This document shows, in pieces, positions 34,240 to 47,798 of a stretch of DNA of 64,000 bases. The position numbers and the translations under genes are program-made. How positions within the stretch are numbered: position 1 is the stretch's first letter; each line of letters starts with the position of its first letter. Below the pieces are notes generated by a model. It did no database searches. It had not been told where the DNA came from and saw only the letters and a program-made list of their open reading frames with translations. The DNA is from Mustelus asterias (taxonomy: Eukaryota), in the NCBI RefSeq assembly GCF_964213995.1, contig NC_135808.1, positions 99,882,001 through 99,946,000 of the forward strand, in the 5' to 3' direction.

Positions 34240-34589
34240 TGACCTTTGTGATGTTGGATGTGTAGTGCTGATTGGATCTGTTCCTACGTGAGCTAACCTC
34301 ACTCAATATTATGAGGTCAGCTCATTAACATAGTTTTCTGAAGGTCCAAGTGTGTGTGAGGTGCTGGGGATTGGACAGGAATTTCAGTTTCCAATAACCA
34401 ATGAAAGACCAACAGTATTTTCTGTGTTCGTCAGAGTGCTAGGACTGGGGTGACAAAAAGTGAGGCATGAAGATGGACCAGGTGGAAGTATTTTTTGAAA
34501 CTTATTAAGACCTTACTCAGAAAGTCCATTACAATTGGGTGCTGTGTTACTGAGGAACTGCTTCGGTGCTCCTGTTACATTTTATTGAT

Positions 34590-35380
34590 TCTCTCATGGG
34601 TTGTGGGAATCGCTGGCTCGGCCATCATTTAATGTCAATTCCTAATTTCCCTTGAGAAGGTAGTGGTGAGCCACCTCCTTGAATCACTGAAGTCCATGTG
34701 GTGTAGGTACACCCACAGTGCTGCTTGGAAGGGAGTTCCTGGACTTTGACCCAGAGACAGTGAGGGAATGGCGATACATTTCCAAATCATGACGGTTTGT
34801 GGCTTGGAGGGCAGATCCTAGTGGTGATTTTCACATGCATCTGTTACCCTTGTCCTTCAATGTAGTTTAAGGTCACGGGTTTGGAAGGAGCATTGGTGAG
34901 TTGCTGCAGTGCCTCTTGTAGATGGTATACACTGTTGGCACTGTGTGATGGTTGTGGAGGGAGTGAATGTTGAAGGTGGCAGATAGAGTGCTAATCAAGG
35001 GAGCTGCTTTATCTTGGATAGTTTCAAGCTTCTTGTGTTGGTGTTGGAACTGCACTCATCCAGACAAGTGGAGAGTATTCCTTCACACTCTTGATTTGAG
35101 CCTTGTAGATGGGAGACAGATTTTGGGGAGTTAGAAGATAAGTTACTCATTGCAGAATTCCTAGCCTCTTGTAGCCACAGTATTTATATGGCTGGTCCAG
35201 TTAAGTTCCTTACCAATGGTACCCCCAGGCTGCTGATAGAGGATGAATTCAGCGATGGTAATGCTAGTGAATGTCAAGGGGAGATACATTCTCTCTTGTT
35301 GAAGGTGGTCATTGCTTAGCACTTGTGTGATGTGAATATTACTTGTCACTTATCAGCCCAAGCCCGAATGTTGTCCAGTT
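34590..35380 (-). mobile_element. Old LINE (CR1/L2-group) 3' fragment
   Basis: KKLETIQDKAAPLI..NIHSLHNHHTV..VYTIYKRHCSNSP. Related pieces at 11770-11940, 12400-12740 and 55740-55910. Confidence 0.65.
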
Positions 35381-35382
35381 CT

Positions 35383-35492
35383 TGCATCTGTGGAGACAGA
35401 ACAGAGTTAACATTTCAGGTTTGGATGACCGCTCTGATGAAGGGTCATCCAGACTTGAAGCATTAGCTCTTTTCTCACTCTACAGATGCTGT
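35383..35492. repeat. Family A fold-back with intact CTGATGA hammerhead core
   Basis: gcatctgtggaga..ggatgacc is inverted against GCT-CTGATGA-A-GGGTC-ATCCA-GACTT-GAAGC-ATT-AGC..tacagatgc. Confidence 0.7.
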
Positions 35493-35499
35493 CAGAGTT

Positions 35500-36650
35500 G
35501 ATTAGGGTAATGTGGTTGATATGGTGTGCTTGAACTTCCTAAAGCTAAAGTGCTACTTAACAGGATTATCAGCAAAAGTTTGAGACCAGTGAGTAAAAGG
35601 GACAGCAGTAACATGGATTTTAAGTTGGCTGTGTGACAGGAAGCGAGTTGTTGTGAATCATTGCTTTTTGGACTAGAGGAAGGTATACAATGGGGTTCTT
35701 CAGAAATCACTACTAAGACCACTGCTTTTCTTGATCTATATCAATGACCTATACTTGGGATTGCAGGGCAACTTTCAAAATTAGTGGATGACACACAACT
35801 TGGAAATATTGTCAACTGTGAAAAGGATGGTGATAGATTTCAAGAGGACATAGTCTGGTGGAATGGACAGAGATGTGGCAGATGAATTTTAATGCAGAGA
35901 AATGTGAAGTGATACATTTTGGTAGGAAGAAAGAGGTGAGGTTATACAATTCTAAATGGGGTGGAAGAGCAAAGGGACTTGGGGGTATATGTGCACTAAG
36001 TCTTGTAGATAGCAGGCCAAATTGAGAAGGTGGTTAATAAAGCATAAGATTGTGGGCTTTATAAGTAGAGGCAGAGAGAGTGGAAGGAGGTTATGACACT
36101 GGTTTGGTCTCAATTAATGTATTGTGCCCAGTTCTGGGAACCACATTTGAGGAAGGCTAGATAAGCATTCGAAAAGGTACAGAAAAGATTTAGAAGCGTG
36201 ATTCCTGGGATGAGGAGCATTAGTTTTGAGGATAGATTAAGATAAAATGGGGCTTAGAGAAGGGAATGTTAAGAGGAGATTTGATAAATGTTTTCAATGT
36301 CATGAGGGATCTGGTTACGGTGGTTAGGGAGAAACTGTTCCCAATGGCAGAAAGGTCAGGTATCAAAGGAAATTGATTTAAAGGGAATAGCAAAAGAACC
36401 AAAGGCAACTTTTTCACAGCAAAGGATTAGGATGTGGAATCCTTTGCCTGAGAGCACAGTGCTGGCAAATTCAAACATGACTTTCAAAAGAGTATATGAT
36501 AATTAAAGAGCCAACATTTTCAAGGCTATGGGGAAAAGACAGGGGAGTAAGATAAGCTGAAATGGTGTTGCAGGAAGCCAGCGCTGACATGATGAGTCAA
36601 ATGGTTTTCTTCTTACTGTAAACATACAGAGGTACAATAATTCTATGAGA
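35500..36650 (+). mobile_element. Old decayed CR1 RT fragment
   Basis: Degenerate ..DDTQLG.., aaatgtgaagtgatacattttgg (KCEVIHFG) and cagttctgg (QFW). Confidence 0.75.
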
Positions 36651-37169
36651 AACTGATTCTACTCTCCATTTAGACAATGACCTTCATCATATTACCAGGG
36701 AAGATCTACTAAATGGTAGTCATGCTCATCCACACAAAGTGGTAGAATCAATGAGGTTCATCTTAGCAATGTTGTATTTGTGCGGTTGCTAGCAGCTGCT
36801 TCAGAGCAACACCACAAAAAAAAAACAAAGTTGCCTCGCTGGAGAGTAATGTTCTGTCACTCCGTGCCAAAGATGTTGAAATGCCATAGTGGTGATGGTA
36901 ACTGTGGTGGTGGTAGACTCCTTGTTATTCGAGTACGTCCAGTCATGTCTTCTGTGGGCCCTGTCATGACTGCAAAGTCCAGTAGGGGATTGGCATCCAC
37001 AGAATTTGCAGTTCATAATGTCATTGTTTGTGCTTAGGTTGATCTGCAGCTATGTCAGCTCTGCCCTCTCCTGTACAAATACAGTTAAAGCCATTCTGCA
37101 GCAGCAACTGACTATGAATAATAATTTGCTCTTACTTTTTAAAATGCTTTGTATTTTCTGTGTAAATAA

Positions 37170-37397
<228 letters not shown>

Positions 37398-37630
37398 TAA
37401 AATTCAGTTTGTTTAAAGTGGTATTTTATTTTTAACTGCAGTAATCTTGTTCCTTTCATGTTGTTTTTCTGTTCTGTTTTAGTTCCTTGAAAATCTTTTT
37501 AGCCAAAAGGGGAACCTGGCACCCTACACTAAGTCTCCTCTATCATTTTATGATATGAGATACAGAACAGGATTCAGCAACAGCTAATTTTAGAACCATA
37601 ATACTCTGGACTGTTTTCTTGACTGACCAT

Positions 37631-37760
37631 TGTGGAGACAGAAACAATAGTTAACGTTTCAGGTCGATGCCTTGAAAGGACTGCTCTGATGAAAAGTCAT
37701 TAACCTGAAACATCGTTAACTCTGTTTTTCTCTGCACAAACAAATGTTGTGTTTCCTGCA
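37631..37760. repeat. Family A fold-back with CTGATGA...GAAAC
   Basis: gttaacgtttcagg is inverted against GCT-CTGATGA-AAAGTCATTAACCT-GAAAC..gttaac. Confidence 0.65.
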
Positions 37761-37789
37761 TTTAGACCATAAGACCATAAGGCGTTAGA

Positions 37790-39688
37790 AGCATAGAACC
37801 ATAGAAAATTACAGCTCAGGAACAGGCCTTTTGGCCCTTCTTGTCTGTGCCGAACCATTCTTTGCCTAGTCCCACTGACCTGCACTTGGACCATATCCCT
37901 CCACACCCCTCTCATCCATGAACCCGTCCAAGTTTTTCTTAAATGTTAAAAGTGACCCCGCATTTACCACTTTATCCGGCAGCTCATTCCACACTCCCAC
38001 CACTCTCTGCGTGAAGAAGCCCCCCCCCCTAATATTCCCTTTAAACTTTTCTCCTTTCACCCTTAACCCATGCCCTCTGGTTTTTTTCTCCCCTAGCCAC
38101 AGCGGAAAAAGCCTGCTTGCATTCACTCTATCTATACCCATCAAAATCTTATACACCTCTATCAAATCTCTCCTCAATCTTCTACGCTCCAGGGAATAAA
38201 GTCCCAACCTATTCAATGTCTCTCTGTAACTCAGCTTCTCAAGTCCCGGCAACGTCCTTGTGAACCTTCTCTGCACTCTTTCAACCTTATTTACATCCTT
38301 CCTGTAACTAGGTGACCAAAACTGTACACAATACTCCAAATTTGGCCTCACCAATGCCTTATATAACCTTACCATAACATTCCAACTTTTATACTCGATA
38401 CTCTGATTTATAAAGGCCAATGTACCAAAGGCACTCTTTACGACCCTATCCACCTGTGACGTCACTTTTAGGGAATTCTGTACCTGTATTCCCAGATCCC
38501 TCTGTTCAACTGCACCCTTCAGAGTCCTGCCATTTACCCTGTACGTTCTACTTTGGTTTGTCCTTCCAATGTGCAATATCTCACACTTGTCTGCGTTAAA
38601 TTCCATTTGCCATTTTTTAGCCCATTTTTCTAGTTGGTCCAAATCCCTCTGCAAGCTTTGAAAACCTTCCTCACTGTCCACTACACCTCCAATCTTTGTA
38701 TCATCAGCAAACTTGCTGATCCAATTTACCACATTATCATCCAGATCATTGATATAGATGACAAACAACAATGGACCCAACACCGATCCCTGCGGCACAC
38801 CACTAGTCACAGGCCTCCACTCAGAGAAGCAATCCTCCACAACCACTCTCTGGCTTCTTCCATTGAGCCAGTGTCTAATCCAATTTACTACCTCCCCATG
38901 TATACCTAGCGACTGAACCTTCCTAACTAACCTCCCATGAGGGACCTTGTCAAAGGCCTTGCTGAAATCCAGGTAGACAACATCCACCGCCTTCCCTTCA
39001 TCCACTTTCCTGGTAACCTCCTCGAAAAACTCTAACAGATTGGTCAAACATGACCTACCACGCACAAAGCCATGTTGACTCTCCCTAATAAGTCCCTGTC
39101 TATCCAAATATTTGTAGATCCTATCCCTTATCACACCTTCCAATAACTTGCCCACCACCGACGTCAAACTTACTGGCCTATAATTTCCCGGATTTCTTTT
39201 GGAACCTTTTTTAAACAACGGAACAACATGAGCCACCCTCCAATCATCCGGCATCTCCCCCGTGAATATTGACATTTTAAATATGTCTGCCAGGGCCCCT
39301 GCAAGTTCAACACTAGCTTCCCTCAAGGTCCGTGGGAATACCCTGTCTGGTCCTGGGGATTTATCCACTCTGATTTGCCTCAAGACAGCGAGCACCTCCT
39401 CCCCTTTAATCTGTAAAGGTTCCATGACCTCCCTACCTGTTTGCCCTATTTCCGTAGACTCTATGCCCGTTTCCTCAGTAAATACGGATGCAAAAAAACC
39501 ATTTAGTATCTCCCCCATCTCTTTTGGTTCCATACACAGTCTACCACTCTGGTCTTCAAGAGGACCAATTTTATCCCTCACTATCCTTTTGCTCCTAACA
39601 TACCTATAGAAGCTCTTTGGATTTTCCTTCACTCTGTCTGCCAAAGCAACCTCATGTCTTCTTTTAGCCCTCCTGATTTCCCTCTTAA
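37790..39688 (-). mobile_element. Young CR1 LINE with an uninterrupted 592-aa ORF2 fragment covering the complete RT domain
   Basis: ORF 37866..39644 has [42 protein letters not shown] and FADD. 5'-truncated, no endonuclease. Confidence 0.95.
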
Positions 39689-39689
39689 G

Positions 39690-40835
39690 TAGCGTTGGAG
39701 TAGTGGTAGGTCATTTGGTGCATTGAGTCTGCTCTGCCATTCAATGAGGTCATGGCTGAATTGATATGATAATCCTCGACTCCACTTCCCCACCTATTCC
39801 CATAACCGTCAATTCCCTGACTGATTAAAAATCTGTCTATCGCAGCTGTGAACATACTTGACGACCCAGCCTCTAAAGCCGTCTGTAGTAAAGAATTCCA
39901 CAGATTTAGTACCCTCTGAGAGAAGAAATTCCTCCTCATCTCTGTCTCAAATAGACACCCCTTCTTCTGAGATTGTGCTCTCTGGTCCTAGAGTCTCCTA
40001 CAAAAGGAGAAAACCTCTCAGCATCTACCCTGTCAGAGAACCTCTATGTCTCATCTACCCTGTCTGAGAATCCTCTATGTCTCAATGAGGTCAGCTCTCA
40101 TTCTTCTAAACTCCAGTGAGTACAGGCTCAACCTACTCAACCTCTCCTCATAAGAAAATCCCTCCCTACCCAGGATCAACCTAGTGAATCTTCTCTGGAC
40201 TGCCTCTAATGGCAGCATATCTTTCCTTAGATAAGGGGACCAAAACTGTTCACAGTATTCCAGGTGTCATCTAACTAGTGCCTTGTATAGTTTTAGCTTC
40301 CCTATTTTTAATATTCCATAATCTTTGAAATGAAGGCCAACATTCTATTTGCTTTCCCTGTTACCTGCTGAACTGGCATGCTAGCTATTTATGACTTATG
40401 CCCGAGGACCCCCAAATCCCTCTGCTTCAACTTTCTGCAGTCTTTCTCCATTTAAATAATATTCAGTTCCTTTATTTTTCCTTTCAAAGTGCAAAATTTC
40501 ACATTTTCCTACATTATATTCCATCTGCCAAGTTTTTGCCCACTCACCTAACCTGCCTATATCCCTCTGTAGACTCTTTGGCTGAAACCCGACCACTTTG
40601 CCTGCCTCGGAGAACATAAATCTCCATTGGCCTCGGGCAAGATTTTATGATCTCGCCTGAGTGAGGCTGTAAAATCCCGCCCGTAGTGTCATCCTCATCA
40701 CTTGCCTTCCCAGCTATTTGTGAGCCATCTGCAAACTTGGCAATTGTACATTCACTCCCCTCATCCAAATCACTAATATATATTGTAAATGATTGTGGTC
40801 CCAGCACTGATCCCTGTGGCACTCCACTAGTTACA
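39690..40835 (-). mobile_element. Older CR1 fragment containing a MITE-like insert (40580-40682) and a ~31-bp tandem duplication (~40022-40084)
   Basis: ORFs 39685..39939, 40396..40617 and 40544..40822. Confidence 0.82.
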
Positions 40836-40869
40836 TTTTCTGATTTTATTTTATATTTTACATTAAGAT

Positions 40870-41175
40870 AGCTCCTTTCATGATCTCAATGTCTCAAATG
40901 TTTTACAGCCAATGAAATATTGTTGAAGTTTATTGTAGGAAAACCTGGCAGCCAGTTTACACGCAGCAAGGTTCCACAAACTATAATGAGGTAATAACTA
41001 GGCCTTCTGTTTCTAATGTTGACTGAGAGATAAACATTGGCCATGATACTGAGAGAGGTCCCTTCTTTCTCTTTGAATTTGCCATGGGGTCTTTTACCTC
41101 CACCTGAGTGTTCAGATGGGCCCCGGGTTTAATATTTCATCAGGTTGATGGCACTTTCAACAGTACAGAGCTATT
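40870..41175 (-). mobile_element. Deu-domain SINE remnant
   Basis: Reverse complement resembles 55040-55460. Confidence 0.55.
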
Positions 41176-41439
41176 TTGCGTTGCCAAGTCAATTCATTAA
41201 CTGTAAATAGTAATGCAAGAAAAAGAGAATCACAGGGAATGTCATTTCCGTCTGCAATCCTGTACTACCTAGTGACCAATTACAGAACACTAATGGCAGA
41301 GGGTTTGCAGGTCACTGCATTCTGAGTCTTTATGCCAGGGAATGGTGCTGAGAAACCGAAAATATGTTTCCTTTATAAAAGGTGTTTTTAAATGTTAATC
41401 TGGTAACTTGCTGTACATTGCAATTTTTGTTTCTTTTAG

Positions 41440-41524
41440 ATGCTTGTGAAGACCGTGCATCCTTGTATTGTCGAACCGCTTTTGAACATATTGAAAACGA
41501 TACACTATGAAGTGCAATATGAAG
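41440..41524 (+). CDS. ARMH1: ARMH1 coding exon 5 (MLVKTVHPCIVEPLLNILKTIHYEVQYE)
   Basis: ttttag acceptor, gtgaat donor, 85 nt. Resembles human [23 protein letters not shown]. Confidence 0.9.
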
Positions 41525-42329
41525 GTGAATCACTGTTTGGGCTGAGAAAAAAATTGGGCACAGCAACATGAGGTTTTAGCTCCAGCTGGATTCCTAGATT
41601 TCTGTTTTTAATTTTTTAAGAGTAAGGTTTTATCCAGAGACTGTGCGATGCAAATGCTTTAAAGTCTATGTTGCTGAAACCCAGACAGAACATACCCTTA
41701 TCAGACTAAAATTCAGGTCTGTATTAAAAGATCATTTATTTAAATAAAATAGGTAAATGGTCAATATACTGTACAATACACTGTAATGATAAAAATAAAT
41801 GCGTCACTCACTTTTTATCAGAATATTACATTGTGACAAGTGTATCTGGTTCGAACTGGCCAAGTGTGTTTGCTGCAGCATAAATTTAAATAGGAAAATT
41901 AACTGCCAGACAAGCAGCAGAAATTTCTGGAATTTTTCTAGACTCCTTTTGGGGCTGGAATGGTTGGTGTGCTTGCTGTGCACATCTGAAGTCAGTGCCT
42001 AAGGGTCATCCAAAATCGGATCTTATCTGGATAATGCCAGCAATCTGCTAGACACCTATTGAGCCTCCTGATGCAGCTCACCGGTTTCCTGAGCCACTGC
42101 CAGCACTGTTAAGGATGGGGGAGACAAACATAAGGAGGCAGGAGCAGGTTTGTGCTGGCAGCAGCCCACAGTAGTGTTGTGGACCCAGACGGAACATTGT
42201 TGCTTCTCTGAGCTGCACCTTACGACAAGTTAAAAATAAATGATTTCCTTTCAGGTAGCGGCCTCCAGATAGCAGGAACCAAAATGTTCTTGTCAGAGCG
42301 GCAGTTGGGACCTGTAACAGGTGTGCAGG

Positions 42330-42422
42330 AAGTCTCACAACACCAGGTTAAAGTCCGACAACCTGGTGTTGTGAGACTTCTTACTGTGTTTACCCCAGTC
42401 CAACGCCAGCATCTCCACATCA
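42330..42422. repeat. Family B Penelope-like fold-back
   Basis: agtctcacaacaccaggtt is inverted against aacctggtgttgtgagact, followed by the same tail as at 27460-27500. Confidence 0.75.
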
Positions 42423-42814
42423 GGTGTGCGGGGCCAGGGAGAAAAATCATGGGCCCTGCTGTTTCCAGGCCCATTAACCCCATCTTCCCCTTAACCCTCC
42501 CCCTCAATCTTACATGTAGAATGCACGTTTAGCTGTGAGACATTCAAAGACTGTACAGGTCAAAGCTTGTTGCTGTAAAATGGCAGAGCTGGCGTCAGAT
42601 CAGCGTTACTGATTGATGTCATGATCTGTCTACTCTGCACACTTCTGGGAAATATTAGATGTGTGCCACTAATCCTTCGCTAATATGGCATCCAGCTGCT
42701 GGCCTGCACACTTCACATTAGAAGTGTGTACATGTGCTGCAAACTCCATTTCTGAATTTTAAGTGCCTTGTAGCACTCAATAATCCAATGAGATAATCTC
42801 ATTGAAATTTACAG

Positions 42815-43170
42815 ATTTCTGAAGGGGCTTGATAGGGTGGATGCTGGGAGATCGTTTCTGTTGATCGGGGCATCTAAAACACTGGGGCATTGGCTCCTAA
42901 TCCTGAGACTATCATATAGGACTGAGATAAGGAGAAATGATTACACTCAAAAGTTGAGAATTCTCTACGCAAGAGGGTTGTGGATGCTTCATCGTTGAAT
43001 ACGCTTAAGGCTGAAATAGACAGATTTTGGTCTCAGGGAATTAAGGGATATGGGGAGGGGTAGGAAAATGGAGTTGAAGCCCAAGATCAGCCATGATCAT
43101 ATTGAATGGCGGAGCAGGCTGGATGGGCCATATGGCCTACTGCTGCTCCCATTTCCAGTATTCTTGTGTA
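42815..43170 (+). mobile_element. CR1 3' end fragment
   Basis: aaggggcttgatagggtggatgc...agatcagccatgatc..attgaatggcggagcagg tail. Confidence 0.75.
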
Positions 43171-43689
43171 ATTTCACGCCAAATCACAGCATCTGGTCCT
43201 TTCTGTTGCAAATCTTGCTGAGTACAATTTAGATGTTGGAATTCCCTACATAATGTTGACTATAAAAGTACTTCACAATAGCTGAGAGATGCACATTTGT
43301 GATGTTGTGAAAGGCACAAACCAATCGGCAGGCAGAGTGGAACCAAGACCACATCATAGAGAGGAAGGAGATTGAGGTCGAAGGGCCTGGCATAGTACAC
43401 TAAATACTTGATGGATAGAGCTTATCTGATAAAGTTTAAGTCATTACAGGTTTAATGTTTCACAATAATTTATCACCTGGGCTCTACCGATTACAATGTC
43501 CAAGATTAAAATGAACTCAATAAGGCTCTTTAAAGTTAGGTTCCTTACATAGCTGCCATGTTAGCAGTTTTCAGTTCATCACATTGTGCGACCGATGGGC
43601 TTTGCAGTGCCTTACCCTTGAGTGTTGGCCCGGGTACAGTGGAGGCATCTGCTTCTTCAAGGTCATTGGTATTCACTTTGAGAGCAGAG

Positions 43690-44030
43690 TGGATCTTCAG
43701 GGTGGGCAACACGCCACCGAGAGAGAGAGGGCCGGGTGTGAAGGGTCTGGTCCAGGGCCACGTTTCATTGAGAAGGAGGCAGTCAGGTTGGGAAGGGCCC
43801 ATCCTGGCCTGGGACCACATTCTAGCGAGAGGGAGGAGATTGGGAGGGAAACTGGGAAGGAGTCCACATACCAGAGGGAGGAGATCTGGTTGGGAAGGAC
43901 TCAACCCAGGCCACACATCATTGAGAAGGAGGAGCTTAGTCAGGAAGGGCCTGGCCCTGGGCCGCACACCATTGAGCGAGAGGAGGTTGGAAAAGGTCGG
44001 CCTGGGGCCCAGGGGCCAGTGTCATATACC
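43690..44030. repeat. Degenerate purine-rich tandem repeat (~50-60-bp units)
   Basis: Recurring ggccacac..cattgag.agaggagg..ggttgggaagggcc units, about 5 copies. Confidence 0.6.
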
Positions 44031-45055
44031 ACCAAAGGAGAAAGTCAGAAAGGGCCTTCTGGGGAGACTTTAAACATTTTATCTTGCTTCAGCAGCCTCC
44101 AGCCAGGTCGGAAATGAAGAAAGCTCCAACAGAACAGTAGCAGAACAGTCCTCACATGAGCCCCAATATGAGATAAGAAATAAAGGAGGTTATGGGGAAT
44201 CTGGCACATGCTGCTCGGCAGTGATTGCTGTTGTTCAGAATCAGGTCAGTCTATGTGCCTCAAAGGGCCTCCTAAGAGCTTGAGCCCCAGTGATTAGCAC
44301 TGTGTTCACCCACCTCTCCTCACTTCTGCAGGTGTGACCACTTCATTAACCTATGCAAGTGGGCAAATGGCTGTTGAAGTCAGATGCCAGGCACATCTAA
44401 GTATTGTTCAAGCCAGAGTACAGGACATGGCCCTTCAAATCTGTTTGTCCCATTTTCTGTCCCAGGAATGGGCAAAATGAAGTCCAGTTTTGCCCTCACC
44501 TGTCTCAGGATTCAGCAGAAAGATAATCCAAGCACCTTTGAAGGAACCCTGAAACAAAAGGTAGCTTTTCTTTTATCAGTGTTACGTGTGTACTAATCTT
44601 TGCCACACAGTGTAAAACCAAGGGTCTTATTTGAAAATCAAGTTCATTGTTGTGTTTTTCCTCCATTTTGTGAAAATTGCGGTATTGTCCTACACATTCT
44701 CTGAGCTGGTGGCCTTTAGTTTGAGAAATATCTCATGTTACTGAGGATTTTTAATCCCTTGTATGTTTTCCCCAGTAATAGAAAATACAGAAAATATGAT
44801 TGGATAAATGTATGAAAGGAAAAAAAATTCAGGTTGTTGGGGGCCAGACTATTGGGACGACTATTCTGTTGGAGCTTTCTTTACACAACCATAGAGGTGA
44901 CACAGGCTGAATGGCCTCCTTCTATGCTTTACCATTCTGTATTTCTATTTTAAAAAATCAAAAATCCAGTTTTGGTTCATTACACAATTATATTGATCGC
45001 TTGTGGCAAAGAAAATATATTCTCATGTTACATATAACTGATTACTGTCCTGTAG

Positions 45056-45175
45056 GAATTGAATTTATCAAGATGCTCTTGAACTATAATGTACGAAAAG
45101 CTTTACTGGAAGGACTAGTTGCACGTCTTAATCCATCAATGGACGACATAAAGTATCGACCAAAAATTCTTGATG
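45056..45175 (+). CDS. ARMH1: ARMH1 coding exon 6 (GIEFIKMLLNYNVRKALLEGLVARLNPS...KILD)
   Basis: tgtag acceptor, gtaag donor, 120 nt, phase 1/1. Confidence 0.9.
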
Positions 45176-46261
45176 GTAAGAAAGATAATCGCAAAGATCC
45201 CAAGTTGTGATTAACAGCGTTCCACCTGAACGTTTGAACACATTTTTGTTTAGTGAACAATTTTATTTGCTGGCAGAAGAAAGTTCAATAGAGTAAGTAG
45301 CATGGTTTATGGTCTGAATGGAGGCCTGTGTAAGAAAATATATTTTCCTACCATCACTGTGTTATATTGTGAAACAGACATATATGTATGTGTGGGGCCA
45401 TGATGAATTTAATTAAACTGAACACAGTTAGATTGCAAGGTTAAAAACATCAAAAGGGGGTAGATATGAAAACAAAGTTAATGTGGGATACCAGTGAGGA
45501 GTATGTATAGAAATTTGCATGAGGAGATAAGGGATTAAATTGAAGTTTAGCTATTGTTTTTCAAAGGAAAATTTACAACTGGCAAAGACCATAAATGAGT
45601 AAAGGCCACAATGATAATGGTGTGGGTACAGGAAGATAAGCCATTGTTGGAGATGTTTTGGTTACAACTGGATAAGAGTGGAACCAACCCAGAGTAGTCC
45701 TAGTCAACTGGACAGAAAAGAAGTGTTGAGAATGAATATTTGGTCAATCTGCAGAGTGGTTGAGAAGGACAAGAGATGGTGCACAATGGTGATAGTAATA
45801 GAGGATATAATTTGTGACTTTGATTGGTGCCATTTTAGTGCAGTGGCAGGGTGGAAACATGAACAGAGATTCAAACTTCAAGTTGCAAGAAAGGTAGGTG
45901 CAAGTGATGGCATCTAAATTGTTCAACAGTGAACAATATCACATAAAAGTCATGTGCCTCAGTCTACCCTGAATCAACATGTACTTGTACAAATTTACCA
46001 GCAAGAGCTACTGGGATCTTTTAGTGCATTCCTTCCTTTAACTAGCACTCAGGTGAAATTTATTGTCCCACCAAGATCAGCTAATTCAATATGGAACAGA
46101 TTTAAACTAAATACCTACTGGTCTTTATAGCTCAGCTATACATTACTTTTCCCAGTGAACTATCTGAAGAGCTATTATTTTGTTTTCTAATGCAAAATAT
46201 GTATTAGCATCCGGAAATCATTTTCACAAATTAAGTTCTTGTTTTGTTTTTAATTCATAAA

Positions 46262-47640
46262 TTTAGTTGTTGGCAAAATTCTAGAATCCATCGTTAAGGA
46301 TGAGATTTCTAAATTCTTGGAAGTGCAGGGTCGGATTAAGACAAGTCAGCATGGATTTAGTAAGGGGAGGTCGTGCCTGACAAACCTGTTAGAGTTCTTT
46401 GAAGAGATAACAAATAGGTTAGACCAAGGAGAGCCAATGGATGTTATCTATCTTGACTTCCAAAAGGCCTTTGACAAGGTGCCTCACGGGAGACTGCTGA
46501 GTAAAATAAGGGCCCATGGTATTCGAGGCAAGGTACTAACATGGATTGACGATTGGCTGTCAGACAGAAGGCAGAGAGTTGGGATAAAAGGTTCTTTCTC
46601 AGAATGGCAACCGGTGACAAGTGGTGTCCCGCAGGGTTCAGTGTTGGGGCCACAGCTGTTCTCTTTATATATTAACGATCTAGATGACGGGACTGGGAGC
46701 ATTCTGGCCAAGTTTGCCGATGATACAAAGATAGGTGGAGGGGCAGGTAGTATTGAGGAGGTGGGGAGGCTGCAGAAAGATTTAGACAGTTTAGGAGAGT
46801 GGTCCAAGAAGTGGCTGATGAAATTCAACGTGGGCAAGTGCGAGGTCGTACACTTTGGAAAAAAGAATAGAGGCATGGACTATTTTCTAAACGGTGACAA
46901 AATTCATAATGCTAAAGTGCAAAGGGACTTGGGAATCCTAGTCCAGGATTCTCTAAAGGTAAACTTGCAGGTTGAGTCCGTAATTAAGAAAGCAAATGTA
47001 ATGTTGTCATTTATCTCAAGAGGCTTGGAATACAAAAGCAGGGATGTACTTCTGAGGCTTTATAAAGCACTGGTTAGGCCCCATTTGGAGTACTGTGAGC
47101 AATTTTGGGCCCCACACCTCAGGAAGGACATACTGGCACTGGAGCGGGTCCAGCGGAGATTCACACGGATGATCCCAGGAATGGTAGGCCTGACATACGA
47201 TGAACGTCTGAGGATCGTGGGATTATATTCATTGGAGTTTAGGAGGTTGAGGGGAGATCTGATAGAAACTTACAAGATAATGAACGGCTTAGATAGGATG
47301 GACGTAGGGAAGTTGTTTCCATTAGCAGGGGAGACTAGGACGCGGGGGCACAGCCTTAGAATAAAAGGGAGTCACTTTAGAACAGAGATGAGGAGAAATT
47401 TCTTCAGCCAGAGAGTGGTGGGTCTGTGGAATTCATTGCCACAGAGGGCTGTGGAGGCCGAGACGTTGAGCGTCTTCAAGACAGAAATTGATAAATTCTT
47501 GATTTCTCGAGGAATTAAGGGCTATGGGGAGAGAGCGGGTAAATGGAGTTGAAATCAACCATGATTGAATGGTGGAGTGGACTCGATGGGCCGAATGGCC
47601 TTACTTCCGCTCCTATGTCTTATGGTCTTATGGTCTTATA
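46262..47640 (+). mobile_element. Young 5'-truncated CR1 LINE (411-aa open RT frame)
   Basis: ORF 46317..47552 with intact RT motifs and a (TCTTATGG)n tail. Confidence 0.95.
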
Positions 47641-47725
47641 ACTTAAATGCTAATAAAATTATATAGTTTTACTAACATCTTTTATCTAGGAATTTTTTAA
47701 GATAGTAATTTTCTTTTACATTTAG

Positions 47726-47798
47726 ATGAACCCAAAACAGGCCTTACAGAATCCATACCTTTGTTTGTACAGCAGGCTGCAGCCGCAAAAATTATAGG
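47726..47798 (+). CDS. ARMH1: ARMH1 coding exon 7 (DEPKTGLTESIPLFVQQAAAAKIIG)
   Basis: tttag acceptor, gtaagt donor, 73 nt. Conserved QQAAAAK. Confidence 0.9.

Noticed and set aside
37866-39644. Domesticated reverse transcriptase gene
   Set aside because: It is 5'-truncated, has an intact CR1 3' UTR/tail and lacks a promoter or splice signals, so a recent insertion explains it better.
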